Virus record (IMG/VR): IMGVR_UViG_3300045988_102303
Strand: one strand, 5' to 3'
DNA: 63,687 nt
DNA from: a virus
In this document: positions 41,601-50,926 of the stretch, piece by piece
How the letters are laid out: the number at the start of each line of letters is the position of its first letter
How positions within the stretch are numbered: position 1 is the first letter of the stretch
Notes under the pieces: generated by a model
Databases searched by the model: none
What the model was told of the DNA's origin: nothing
What the model saw: only the letters and a program-made list of their open reading frames with translations
Position numbers and translations under genes: made by a program

Positions 41601-43039
41601 GGAGTTATATCGTCATCTTGTTGTTCTGCTATTTTGATAACTCCATAATTTTTTAAATCGTATATTCTTTTATCCCCTAGCCATAATCCTTTGTCTAGCG
41701 TATTTATTTTTATCGCAGTATAGTCTTCTAAATCATCTCCGATATCATCTGGCAATTGAGGGATATCTGGTTTTAATTTATTAATAATATCATCTATTAT
41801 TTTGTCCATATTTGCTTTATCTACATGTAACTTTGAAAGCAAATTCTGTATTGCTAACCTATCCGCTGGAGTTAATTTTCCAACTCTAAGGTTTAATATA
41901 TTTGATACTGCTTCCTTAATAATATCATCATTACTATAATGTCTTATTTTAGATTTTACTGACTTATAATTACTTAGAGTTATTTTATTTTGAGCTGGGT
42001 CAGTAAATGATATTTGTAATGTACCTACCCTAGCAGCTAAAGTTATGTCTGGGTTAAATTTTGGGTTAAATACTTGAACTGTATCCCCTATATCTATATT
42101 TTCATATTCAGATTTTTCTAGATATATAGGAACTTCAAAATTAACTTTTATGCTTTTAACCTCTTGAAGTTTTTCATATGTTTCCCATAATAAATCAATT
42201 GGAGTTGTAGCACTATCAGAGTTATAAGAACCTAAAATATACTTTCCTCCATTGTTATAAATCTCATGGATTTCTGGGTCAACAAGATAATCTTGACCTA
42301 ATGGTTTATTTAGGGGGTCACCTCTGTAAACATCCCAATAAATATCAGAGAAGGTAATTCCATTTTTTCCTTGAGCAATTAAACCACTATAATAGTTACT
42401 TCCATCGCTTGTCTTTTTTAATCCATATTCATTCCAGTCATATTCAATTCTTAAATCTGTTTTGTTACCTAATTCGCCGTTATTATATACATCAATATAA
42501 AATTCATATTTGCCTTGAATACTGTTTATACGTTCTACTCTTATATCTAACTCAATATTATCAAATAATGATATTAAATCTTGTAATACAGTATAAACTG
42601 GCGTAATAGAGGTAATATTCATACTTTTCCCCATATTTGCTAATGATGGAGAAATATTTCCCACCTTAAAATTCGTGTCTTGTAAGATACTTGTAAGACA
42701 TGTTTCAATAGTACCTTCAATAGTGATAGGTCTAACATGATTTTGATATAATTCTAAAGTACATGGCACAGCATAGACATTTCTTGTAACATATAGAATT
42801 CCTTCTGTGTCTTTTATAGTTTCTATTTGGAACATCTTTAATTTATTACGCCAATAGAACACCATATAATTTTTTTCTTCTAAAATCTCACTATTATTAG
42901 CATCTAAAATAATATCAAATTCGTAAGTAAAAGCTCCTGTTTCTAGATATTGAATGAACTTGTCATTACTTATGTTAGATGTTTCTGTATCTATTGAGCC
43001 TATATTATATTTTTTATTATCTAAAATATATATTTGCAT
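38690..43039 (-). CDS. Tail-associated lysin (Tal), 1449 aa, with lytic transglycosylase and two NlpC/P60-like domains
   Basis: SLT motif CGESRGNP...GGGYGLMQC; NlpC/P60 #1 CYDCSSLVSCSYLKAGM...HHTLIY; #2 HIDCSTFVALCCKGIPY...SHVGIC; follows Dit. Confidence 0.8.
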   Translation of the reverse strand: MQIYILDNKKYNIGSIDTETSNISNDKFIQYLETGAFTYEFDIILDANNSEILEEKNYMVFYWRNKLKMFQIETIKDTEGILYVTRNVYAVPCTLELYQNHVRPITIEGTIETCLTSILQDTNFKVGNISPSLANMGKSMNITSITPVYTVLQDLISLFDNIELDIRVERINSIQGKYEFYIDVYNNGELGNKTDLRIEYDWNEYGLKKTSDGSNYYSGLIAQGKNGITFSDIYWDVYRGDPLNKPLGQDYLVDPEIHEIYNNGGKYILGSYNSDSATTPIDLLWETYEKLQEVKSIKVNFEVPIYLEKSEYENIDIGDTVQVFNPKFNPDITLAARVGTLQISFTDPAQNKITLSNYKSVKSKIRHYSNDDIIKEAVSNILNLRVGKLTPADRLAIQNLLSKLHVDKANMDKIIDDIINKLKPDIPQLPDDIGDDLEDYTAIKINTLDKGLWLGDKRIYDLKNYGVIKIAEQQDDDITPDTKAYAEAIKYYSKYNLGKSVNDPEFTAIVNPNNKYKIPTIVNYWAPKFGLDPYIVFMCICGESRGNPTSATSYSGGGYGLMQCERSTYFNKKQTITFIDGSTRTFTPSYNTMQPNKGGTTTVNGVVVDKNISNQIMFGCHELRYSADWCHYNIFAMLIGNNMGIGAAAWIVAKYTAEKYGFTFKNSYLNFYSLPTAYRTKCYEVLESGTGDFASYRKDWVAYRNSIGKPAGTVNNIELYLCFYQSQNGSLPYILDKQGKKYGLGVSNTGDSKPGQQQTTQATGSEVRKIIVDTAKKIVSQHVDQKIATYDQGSRTVNFDKPNRYKGTIYGIKNPICYDCSSLVSCSYLKAGMKSVYAKSCAYGTLVAGATAKPGYKMFKITKTSIENMLPGDIIMMTNKTCPTTFTRAQAISKNFTHHTLIYCGKENGTHMVAHARKWDWWPKAIMYMPVYSDIYKYGFCLRPYELVEKDKLVTNTESTGADGEIIIDDQIVQNKDLNAFTAKGVPGATADMFYEDDLLVSYIQVGETADSLPYPTQPEYIFLHFGINHLTTDDAQNVINLVETLLVKYPKTPIFIAKEWHATSVLADYQTINTNVDEYNNIIETYCNKTQYVIFLDIGNVPDTSDGYTCADKASTQAYYNQVKTAIKNKVIGYTPSEDTKPEETAKNVEYIMEFKDDKDFGLVKSIFIKFYSAVSDTFWAKYKFKTQKDTEPTKFTQSNIIYYEGDDCSSGALICKADTEYTILCLSNPNRANSYNGKKYIGVVTANHGDGTYTDCGDFIGRDKIIEIGETYWENRAKFVYNTKTPLTYTNPHKNKSKWKDSNGKYHIDCSTFVALCCKGIPYTESPYSKKWTSRDKKSSTVAWAFNPGRTAADIAKYCVSKGWVATGIDTTNWSNIEKGDLIFWDRDGKDLNRFMSVSHVGICSGFDADGDATTIEVTSVSDVVYKRKLKDNQPGKVILVCRIRKD

Positions 43040-43040
43040 G

Positions 43041-45152
43041 TTACTCAGCTCCTATCCATTTCTCCTGTATAATTCCACAGGAATATATATTAGTATCATT
43101 GGTAAATATTTTTATGGGGTTAATACCTTTTTTCACATCAAAGAAATAACTACCTATGTCTACAAGGTCATTTCTAAGTTCTTGATTAAGATATACATTT
43201 CTATTTTCAAAGTCGATATCAATAACATCACCAGCACGAAATTCGATTTTATTATTTACAGTTGTATCAACCTTTGATATACCCTGTACTTTTAAGCTAT
43301 TAAGTGCCATGCTAGTACACTTATCAATATTACCATATGTTCCCATATATAAAATAAAGTATGATAGATTTTCTGTAGCTGTATTATTTATTGTTTTTGT
43401 AAATTTTTTATTAGCTATTATATTACCTTGATACAATTTATTTATTGATACTGTCCATACATGATTTCCAGCACTATCTTTGACTCTTGAAATTGATATT
43501 TTTCCGTAAAAATCATTCCAATTACCTAATACGCCTGACATATAATTTGTAACCTTAACTTCGTTGTTATTTGTAGTAGTATAGCTATTTGGCTTTCTAA
43601 CTTTTGTCTCATCTTGATACTCACATTTCAATCCAACATATACTTTAGGGCAATTATATTCAAAGTATTCTTGGTCGTCACACATTTCAAATTTAAAAAT
43701 TCTTTCACCATTAACACCCATTCCATATAATTCAATAACTCCTGTTTTGTCGTCAGCAGTTTCTAATGGTGTATCATAAGTAATCTTGATTACTGGCTCA
43801 TCTGTAAGGTCATATAGATTACCTATACAAATATACCCATCATATCCCTTATAAGGTTCTGCAAGTTTGTAATATGTTCTTACAACTCCGTCACTATCTT
43901 TACTAGAATAAGTCTTGGATGATATTACTCTAACTACACCATTCTTAGGTACTATTATTAGTGAAGTCGCATCGCTTGTATATGATGCCCTAATACTTGT
44001 TGGCTGTTTTACAACTACATTTCTTTTAGTCGTTGTAATCGTAGTTGAAATTGTTTTAGCCTTTGTATAACTTTTATTACAATACATAGTTGCTCCGTTA
44101 TTTATATCACTAGATGAAAACTTCAACCAACCATTTACTATTTCATAATTTACTATTTGATAACCTTTTTTTAATGTATGAACACATAGGTAAGAAGACC
44201 CAGGTCCTTTTCTACAGTTTAATGTTTTTGTTTTTACTTCATATATAGTTTTCGTACCTCCCACGGTTACTCTATCCTCATCTACAGGAATTACAGTAGG
44301 GTCACCATTTACACCTGTGGACTTCATTGTCAAATACGCTTCCACTTTAAAATCTTCTAGTGGAGCAGTTAAATTTCTTCTCACTTGAACACCTTTCCAG
44401 ACATTTGAGTCTGTGGAACTGCTAGAAGGCAAAGTACCTATACATAACCCAGAATTTTCATTTGTAACTGCTAAAGTTCCTCCGCCACTTCTATTACTAT
44501 CAATAGGTACAGTAGAACTTACCCAATTCGATGTTGTTGTACATGGGTCATTTAGTGCAGTTGAGTATGGGTCTTTGCTTTCCAGTTCTAAACTTGGATA
44601 ATCTCCTACTAATAAAGTTTCTTTAGTAACTTGATTTTGTAATTGTAGGAAATTGGCATTACTTGCAAATACATTAGTGAAGAAAGGTTTTGTTTCCACA
44701 TCTCCAGTATTTTCGAGATTTACTAATACATTGTTTTCTTTATTATCTGTCACTTTTAAATCCACACTATAAAAGAATGGCATATGACATATCAAATGTA
44801 CCTTAGCTAATACATCTAATGCTGATTTTGGAGTTAAGTCTATATCATCAGATACTATTCCATATGAGAATTTAGACTCATCGAATAGTCTAACTTCTAC
44901 AGGTACTTTGCTATATAGTAAATTTTTTAAATCTTTTATTTTTCTTTTTAAATCAGCTTCGTTATCACCACTAATAAGAATTGTTATATCATATTCAATA
45001 GGAGCATATTTGCTCCCATTGAATACTTCACCATCTCTAGATGCAATATCTAGAGTTTCTATTTTCTTTTTCGGTAATAACACTCTTGATATATTTGTAA
45101 CTAAATACAGTTCATTTATTTCACTCTTATTAAACATGAAATAATTTACCAT
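43041..45152 (-). CDS. Distal tail protein (Dit), enlarged with SH3-like/carbohydrate-binding insertions
   Basis: Position right after the tape measure; N-terminal siphovirus tail-component pattern; LNCRKGPGSSYLCVHTLKKGYQIV..NGWLKF SH3-like. Confidence 0.65.
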   Translation of the reverse strand: MVNYFMFNKSEINELYLVTNISRVLLPKKKIETLDIASRDGEVFNGSKYAPIEYDITILISGDNEADLKRKIKDLKNLLYSKVPVEVRLFDESKFSYGIVSDDIDLTPKSALDVLAKVHLICHMPFFYSVDLKVTDNKENNVLVNLENTGDVETKPFFTNVFASNANFLQLQNQVTKETLLVGDYPSLELESKDPYSTALNDPCTTTSNWVSSTVPIDSNRSGGGTLAVTNENSGLCIGTLPSSSSTDSNVWKGVQVRRNLTAPLEDFKVEAYLTMKSTGVNGDPTVIPVDEDRVTVGGTKTIYEVKTKTLNCRKGPGSSYLCVHTLKKGYQIVNYEIVNGWLKFSSSDINNGATMYCNKSYTKAKTISTTITTTKRNVVVKQPTSIRASYTSDATSLIIVPKNGVVRVISSKTYSSKDSDGVVRTYYKLAEPYKGYDGYICIGNLYDLTDEPVIKITYDTPLETADDKTGVIELYGMGVNGERIFKFEMCDDQEYFEYNCPKVYVGLKCEYQDETKVRKPNSYTTTNNNEVKVTNYMSGVLGNWNDFYGKISISRVKDSAGNHVWTVSINKLYQGNIIANKKFTKTINNTATENLSYFILYMGTYGNIDKCTSMALNSLKVQGISKVDTTVNNKIEFRAGDVIDIDFENRNVYLNQELRNDLVDIGSYFFDVKKGINPIKIFTNDTNIYSCGIIQEKWIGAE

Positions 45153-48100
45153 TGTGTTATACCCTCCAATCTATTTAGTCTCATTGTTGTTGTGTCGTTG
45201 TGAGTTTTGACTGGCGCAGCCACTTTTTTCCCTACAACTTCTTTATCCATTAATATTGTTGAGTCGATATTACTTGCACCTGACACAAAACAATCTTTTA
45301 ATTTATTATAGTCTATTTCTTTATTTTGTTGAGCGATGGTACGTTCTAAACCTTGTATAGCTGCAACTGTACTATCATTTTGTACTATGTTTTGAGTACT
45401 TACATCGCCAGTATTAACAGATAGTGCTTGTGAAATATTTCCAAGTTTAGCAGTTTCTATTATTTGATTAGAAAAATCTCGAACCGCTTTTAATGTATCT
45501 TTACTTCCTAATTTAATACCTACGTCTATACCTTTAGGTAAATATTTACCGACTTCATCTCTCATAATTTGAGATGGTGAATGTATTTTAAATGATGCCT
45601 TGAATCCAGAAACTACACTACTAGCAAAACTACTTATTTGACTTCTTAGCCAACCACCAGCTCCTTTTATACCATTCCATAAACCTTGAACTATTTGTCT
45701 ACCTATTCCAGCTACTTGAGATGGAATACTTCTAAGTCCGCTTAATATTCTATTTTTGAAATTATTAGCAGCTTGCATACCTTTATTAGCAAACTGAGAT
45801 GCAAAATTAATTGCTCTTGAAATACAACTTGATAAGTAGTTCCAGATTCTTCCAGGTAAATGAGACATAGCACTTGAGGCCCTACTTACAAATTGAGATG
45901 CTGCTCGTTGTGCTTTTGTTGGTAATTGACTGGCCCATTGACTTGCTCTGTTGTATGTTTGAGTTAACCAATTACCTATTCTCGAAGGTAATTGTGTAAA
46001 GTAATTACTAGCACTTTCAACAAATCTTGATGCGGCTTCTTGAGCTTTGCCAGGTAATTGACTAGCCCATTCTGTAACTCTATTGTATGTGTCAGTTAGC
46101 CATTGCCCTATTAGATTTGGTAATTGTGAGAACCATTGACCTATTTGTGCAAAATATGAAGGTACTGTTTGAGTAACGAAATTCCAAGCACTCACTACAC
46201 CGCTCGCTATTACACCAGCTACAACTCCGATTGCAGTACCAATCATACTTGGTAGATTATTGAAAAAAGTACCTGTTGCATTAAGGGCATTAGATAATAG
46301 AGACATTATAGAAGAACCTAATTGACTGAACCAACCTGTAATTGAACTCCATGCTGAAGATAATGCGTTCATAATACCATCGCCTATACTTCTGAATATA
46401 TCAACTACAAAAGTTCCCAAATCTTGTAATACATTAAGTATATTTTCTCCTAAATGTGAAAATAGCGTCTGTACGCCTTGTAGAGCGCCTTCAAAATCAC
46501 CTGAGAATAAATCCTTCAATATAGAACCTATATCCCTCCAATAGTCGAGTATGAGGTCAAAACTATCTTTAAATACTGAATATAAATCAATCATTGCATC
46601 TCCAAATGCACCTGATATTGAATATCCCCAATCTATGATAGGGTCAAATAATGACTGCAATCCAGCCATAAATACATCTTGTAATGCTTGTAATGCGTTC
46701 TGTGCGATTAACCCTAATCCATTAAATATTTTACCAAATGCATTTTGCAATTTTTCTCCCATGCTTGCTAAATCTTCAGGAATCTTATCGAAGTTGCCTG
46801 TAAATATATCTACGATAATATCTTTAATTCCACCTAATACCGCTTGAATTATATTTACAAAACCAGATATAACATTTCCAAGACCTTGAAAAACTCCCGC
46901 TAATGCTGGAGAAAAACTTTTTATAGCCATCAAAGCATCTTTCCATAACTTAATCCAAAATGCCCTAAAACCTTCGCAATGATTCCATAAATACGTAAAA
47001 CCTGCAACTAATGCCACAATAGCGGCTATTACAAGTACTATTGGATTTGCTAATAAAAATGCCCATAATGATTGTAAAGCTGGAATTACCGTACCTGTTA
47101 TAACCCCAACAACTCGAGTACAAGCTGCTCGAACTCCATTGAGTGCGGTAGAGAATATGCCTGCAAATCTTCCAGCTTGTATAAATGCTCTAAATCTATT
47201 AATTACATCAACACATGCCGCTGCTTTTGTCATTACTGTGCCTATTACTATTAGTAATGGGCCAAGTACAGCAAGTATTCCTGCTATACTCATTATAACA
47301 ATCATGATAGGTTGTGGAATTTTTCCAAAACCTTGAGCTAATTTGGTAATGCCTTGAACTATTAATCGTAATACAGGGTCAAGTTTTTCCATCATAGTTA
47401 AGTAACATTCTTCAATGGCAGAGTGCATTGATTTTAAGTCACCTTCTAAGTTGTCATTCATAGTATCCGCCATTTCTTTAGCTGCTCCATCACTACCTCG
47501 TAATGCTTTTTCAAAATCTTTAATGTTGCCACTACCTGTATTTAATAATATGTTTAATGCTTTTATTGAGTCGGCAGTAAATGTTCCCATTAAGGCGGCA
47601 TTCTTTTGTGCATCTCCCATTCCATTAGTTGCTTTTTCTACATCTCCTAATATATCAGTCATATCTCGGAAATTACCATTTGAATCTTGTACAGATATAG
47701 CTGTCTGTCCTATTTGTATTTTTCCGTTTTTCATCTTTTGAGTTATATCTCTCATTACCGCTGTTAATGCAGTACCCGCTTCTGAGCCTTTTAATCCCTG
47801 GTCGGATAGTTTACCAATTAATGCGGTTGTTTGTTCAATATCTAATCCAAATGCATGAGCATTAGCTGCACAGTTCTTGAATGCCTCACCTAATCCAGCG
47901 GTAGTCGTATTTGAATGGGCTTGAGCGTATGCTAATACATCTGCCATTCTACCCGCTTGGTCTGCACCCTCACCAAAAGCTGAAAGGTAATCTGTTACCA
48001 TATCGGATGCATCGGCCAGCTCCATACCCGAAGCGGCTGCGAGGTTAAGTACCCCTGGTAAACCGTCCATAGATTGCTGAGCGTCCCAACCTGCAAGAGC

Positions 48101-48469
48101 CATGAATCCAAGTGCATCCGCACATTCTGAGGCGCTGAACTGAGTAGTGGCTCCCATTTCTCTAGCTAGATTAGTAAGGTTTTGTAAATCTTGACCTGTT
48201 GCACCAGATAATGCTTGAACATTAGACATAGAAGTTTGAAATGCTTTATTTACATCATATGCAGATTTGGCTATACCTGCCACGGGAACTGTAACTGCCG
48301 CAGTTAACCCTGCTCCTATACCTTGTAATCTTCTACCAGCATTCGCAACTCGTTCAAAACCTGAACTGGCACTTTCTAATTGTTGTTGAGCTTGTTGCAC
48401 GCCATTTTGAAATTGGTTGACATCCAAGTTAAGGTGGGCGACAATAGTCCCTAAGTCTGTTCCTGCCAT
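45146..48469 (-). CDS. Tape measure protein
   Basis: 1107 aa; TMP core GATTQFSASECADALGFMALAGWD, hydrophobic central TM-like stretch, internal repeats. Confidence 0.85.
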   Translation of the reverse strand: MAGTDLGTIVAHLNLDVNQFQNGVQQAQQQLESASSGFERVANAGRRLQGIGAGLTAAVTVPVAGIAKSAYDVNKAFQTSMSNVQALSGATGQDLQNLTNLAREMGATTQFSASECADALGFMALAGWDAQQSMDGLPGVLNLAAASGMELADASDMVTDYLSAFGEGADQAGRMADVLAYAQAHSNTTTAGLGEAFKNCAANAHAFGLDIEQTTALIGKLSDQGLKGSEAGTALTAVMRDITQKMKNGKIQIGQTAISVQDSNGNFRDMTDILGDVEKATNGMGDAQKNAALMGTFTADSIKALNILLNTGSGNIKDFEKALRGSDGAAKEMADTMNDNLEGDLKSMHSAIEECYLTMMEKLDPVLRLIVQGITKLAQGFGKIPQPIMIVIMSIAGILAVLGPLLIVIGTVMTKAAACVDVINRFRAFIQAGRFAGIFSTALNGVRAACTRVVGVITGTVIPALQSLWAFLLANPIVLVIAAIVALVAGFTYLWNHCEGFRAFWIKLWKDALMAIKSFSPALAGVFQGLGNVISGFVNIIQAVLGGIKDIIVDIFTGNFDKIPEDLASMGEKLQNAFGKIFNGLGLIAQNALQALQDVFMAGLQSLFDPIIDWGYSISGAFGDAMIDLYSVFKDSFDLILDYWRDIGSILKDLFSGDFEGALQGVQTLFSHLGENILNVLQDLGTFVVDIFRSIGDGIMNALSSAWSSITGWFSQLGSSIMSLLSNALNATGTFFNNLPSMIGTAIGVVAGVIASGVVSAWNFVTQTVPSYFAQIGQWFSQLPNLIGQWLTDTYNRVTEWASQLPGKAQEAASRFVESASNYFTQLPSRIGNWLTQTYNRASQWASQLPTKAQRAASQFVSRASSAMSHLPGRIWNYLSSCISRAINFASQFANKGMQAANNFKNRILSGLRSIPSQVAGIGRQIVQGLWNGIKGAGGWLRSQISSFASSVVSGFKASFKIHSPSQIMRDEVGKYLPKGIDVGIKLGSKDTLKAVRDFSNQIIETAKLGNISQALSVNTGDVSTQNIVQNDSTVAAIQGLERTIAQQNKEIDYNKLKDCFVSGASNIDSTILMDKEVVGKKVAAPVKTHNDTTTMRLNRLEGITQW
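45845..46135 (-). repeat. Alternating ~22-aa repeats in tape measure protein
   Basis: QLPNLIGQWLTDTYNRVTEWAS / QLPGKAQEAASRFVESASNYFT / QLPSRIGNWLTQTYNRASQWAS / QLPTKAQRAASQFVSRASSAMS / HLPGRIWNYL. Confidence 0.75.
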
Positions 48470-48494
48470 ATATATTCACCTCCATCTATAATAA

Positions 48495-48527
48495 AAGGCT
48501 ATAAGGCTTGAATAGCCCTATAGCCTT
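48495..48527 (-). terminator. Stem-loop/attenuator between chaperone genes and tape measure
   Basis: Minus strand AAGGCTATA-N15-TATAGCCTT followed by TTATTATAG; overlaps the stop codon. Confidence 0.4.
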
Positions 48528-48786
48528 AATCATCTTTTCCTAGTAATAATTCTAAACCTGGATTACTATGTTTAGATTCTTTTTTCTTTCTATCTTCTTC
48601 AAATATAGGTTTTTGAATATGCCCATCTTTGTCTGGTTGCATTTTACTATATAAATAAGTACATGCTTCATCAAAACAATATCTTGTGTATGGGTCATCT
48701 TTACTCAACCCTATTACATCACTTGGCAGAGCATTAAAAGTTTTTGCTATAGAAATAACATCTAATACTTTTCTACTCTGCATCAA
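48526..48786 (-). CDS. Tail assembly chaperone, T segment (probably expressed only as a G-T fusion)
   Basis: Overlaps the end of 48773..49189 in the +1 frame; no own SD/ATG (track start is TTG); canonical position before the tape measure. Confidence 0.55.
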   Translation of the reverse strand: MMQSRKVLDVISIAKTFNALPSDVIGLSKDDPYTRYCFDEACTYLYSKMQPDKDGHIQKPIFEEDRKKKESKHSNPGLELLLGKDD

Positions 48787-49189
48787 TGGGCATAACTTTT
48801 TTTACTCCACCTGACGCTTGTTCAAATATAGTTTGTATTTGTTCTTGAGTCAATACATCTTCTATGTCTTCATATTTAGGTTCGACTAATGCTTCTTTAG
48901 CTATTAGTTTCATCATATTCACTAATTCTTTTAGTTTATCTGGGTCATCTAGTATTTCTTTTGTGTTTACATCAGGTTGTTTGTCTTTATCCAGTTGAAC
49001 TGTTTTAGAGTCAAACATATCTGATACTATTTTTAATAATGAATTTGGTAATTTTCCATTAATTAACATATCGGGAACTGAGACAGATTTTATCATTACT
49101 TCGAAACATTCGTCATCTGTAAACCCAGGTATTGTTATTATTCTAGTTGCTTTTTTTCTGAATTGTTCTGCACTTATTACTCTACTCAT
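48773..49189 (-). CDS. Tail assembly chaperone G
   Basis: 138-aa acidic protein between major tail and tape measure genes; A7 run 5 codons before its stop. Confidence 0.7.
   Translation of the reverse strand: MSRVISAEQFRKKATRIITIPGFTDDECFEVMIKSVSVPDMLINGKLPNSLLKIVSDMFDSKTVQLDKDKQPDVNTKEILDDPDKLKELVNMMKLIAKEALVEPKYEDIEDVLTQEQIQTIFEQASGGVKKVMPIDAE
48797..48803 (-). promoter_or_regulatory. A7 slippery run (candidate recoding site for G-T fusion)
   Basis: GGA GUA AAA AAA GUU AUG; the +1 frame is open from immediately after an overlapping UAA (G GAG UAA AAA AAG UUA UGC CCA UUG AUG CAG). Confidence 0.5.
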
Positions 49190-49263
49190 TTTTAATATAC
49201 CTCCTAATTTATTCTACTGTAGGTTTAGCCTCATCTTGTACTTCTAAATTCTGAGCTGAGGCA

Positions 49264-49827
49264 TTAGCTGGGTAAACTATCAACCCATGCTATTGATTTT
49301 ATAGGTAATTTTGCTTTAGTATTTTCTCTAGCTTTTATTGAGAACTCAGGTGCATAGAATTCTGAACCTACTGTCATATCTGGGAATTTACCAAGACATT
49401 TATTTAATGTTATTTTGCAATAATTTTTTATTGAATCGCCTTCATAGTTAGCTACATATATCTCAGCCATGAAAGGTTTACCTTGATTACCTTGACTCAT
49501 CATTGGAGTCTGTAAATCATTTTCACCTGCACCTGTTCCAGTTGCTTTTACATAACCTGCAACTAATTGGGCAGCTTTTATATCAAACGTATTATCGGTA
49601 AATGTAAAATCATAGCCATATAATAAGTCATCTTCTCTAACAACTGCTAGTATACTTGTAGCATTTCTTAATATTTCTTCAGCCCCTTCAGATATAACTG
49701 CGGCCAGTTTTGCTTCTTTAGCAGTTTTTATAGTAGTTTTTATTGCAGTTTCACCAGTTGCGGGTTTACCTGTTGATGGGTCTAATTCAGTTAAATCTAC
49801 TCTTTCTATATTATATAAAATTTCCAT
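49264..49827 (-). CDS. Major tail protein
   Basis: 187 aa; position directly upstream of the chaperone pair; SD AAGGAGGTTAACAA-ATG. Confidence 0.65.
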   Translation of the reverse strand: MEILYNIERVDLTELDPSTGKPATGETAIKTTIKTAKEAKLAAVISEGAEEILRNATSILAVVREDDLLYGYDFTFTDNTFDIKAAQLVAGYVKATGTGAGENDLQTPMMSQGNQGKPFMAEIYVANYEGDSIKNYCKITLNKCLGKFPDMTVGSEFYAPEFSIKARENTKAKLPIKSIAWVDSLPS

Positions 49828-49839
49828 TTGTTAACCTCC

Positions 49840-50193
49840 TTAATTTGCATTTTTTATACCGAATGTTTTTGGAGTTCTTACTTGAATACTTGAAGAAAAG
49901 GCTTGATATTGTCTGTCAAAGTATTCTGCTCCACCTCCGTAAACTAACTCGGCTGTAGTATTTTCAAGTTGTTTTATAATTAATTGTATTAATTCGTCAA
50001 CTCTTAATGGACTTCGTTTAGAATAAACTTCTATAGTCCAACTATCCCAACCTGCATTGCTATTTGATACAGCGATTAAATCTATATTCTTTCTAAGAAT
50101 ACAACAATCTTTCTCGATAGTGCTTACATCAAATCCAACTGAATAGGTTGGGATTATCTTATTCAATTGTTCATGTAATGTACTTCTAACCAT
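49840..50193 (-). CDS. Tail completion/terminator protein (by position)
   Basis: 117 aa in the conserved neck-gene series preceding the major tail gene. Confidence 0.45.
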   Translation of the reverse strand: MVRSTLHEQLNKIIPTYSVGFDVSTIEKDCCILRKNIDLIAVSNSNAGWDSWTIEVYSKRSPLRVDELIQLIIKQLENTTAELVYGGGAEYFDRQYQAFSSSIQVRTPKTFGIKNAN

Positions 50194-50202
50194 TATATCC
50201 TC

Positions 50203-50559
50203 CTATAATCTTAAATGTTTAACTGCATCTAAAAATTCAGGTAGCATAGCATCTCTTGAATTTTTTAGTATTGCATATTTTTCGTTATTACATAACTCTA
50301 GGTAAATACCATATTCCATTTGATGAAATATTGATATCGTTAACCCATTCTCATTTATCTCGGAATTATATTTAAGTCTTTGTCTCGCATCTCCTGTTCT
50401 ATCAGTCCACGGTGCATTTTCTTGAGCATATTCTTGTATCTTTTGCCCTGTTGCTTGACCTAATAGTTGTAATTGAGATTGCAAGCGTTCTGACATTTCA
50501 CCAAGATTCTGAGCAACTATTCTATCATCAACTGTAACACTAACGTTCATATTTAACAC
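50203..50559 (-). CDS. HK97 gp10-like neck/tail component
   Basis: ...YAQENAPWTDRTGDARQRL... resembles the gp10-family motif; position. Confidence 0.5.
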   Translation of the reverse strand: MLNMNVSVTVDDRIVAQNLGEMSERLQSQLQLLGQATGQKIQEYAQENAPWTDRTGDARQRLKYNSEINENGLTISIFHQMEYGIYLELCNNEKYAILKNSRDAMLPEFLDAVKHLRL

Positions 50560-50926
50560 CCCTTACTGACACTTGATATAATAAACCTACTTCTAATATA
50601 TCAACTGGCATATCTAATATATACTTTATATTATTTATAATCACATAGTCGCCAGGTTCTATTGTATATGTTGGGTCTTGGAAATATGCATAATATAAAG
50701 TTCCAGTAATTGAGTATTGATGAAATTGTTGTTCTTGTTGTACATTAGAATTTGAGATTTTTGAGTTATCTAATACTCCTTTTATCTTTGTTATTAATGA
50801 AGTAGATTGATAAGTTTGTACTCCTACTTCACTCTCATAGGTATCTCTATATACATCGAGTTCTACTCCGTATTTTTCAATAGTGGCTTGGATTTTTGGT
50901 AGCAATCTTTTATAATTATAACTCAT
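50540..50926 (-). CDS. Head closure / head-tail joining protein (by position)
   Basis: 128 aa, overlapping neighbours; neck-gene series. Confidence 0.45.
   Translation of the reverse strand: MSYNYKRLLPKIQATIEKYGVELDVYRDTYESEVGVQTYQSTSLITKIKGVLDNSKISNSNVQQEQQFHQYSITGTLYYAYFQDPTYTIEPGDYVIINNIKYILDMPVDILEVGLLYQVSVRGVKYER

Noticed and set aside
48790-48810. Canonical -1 programmed frameshift on the A7 run
   Set aside because: The -1 frame reads AAA AAA AGU UAU GCC CAU UGA and stops after 5 codons. Only the +1/-2 frame is continuous with the T ORF.
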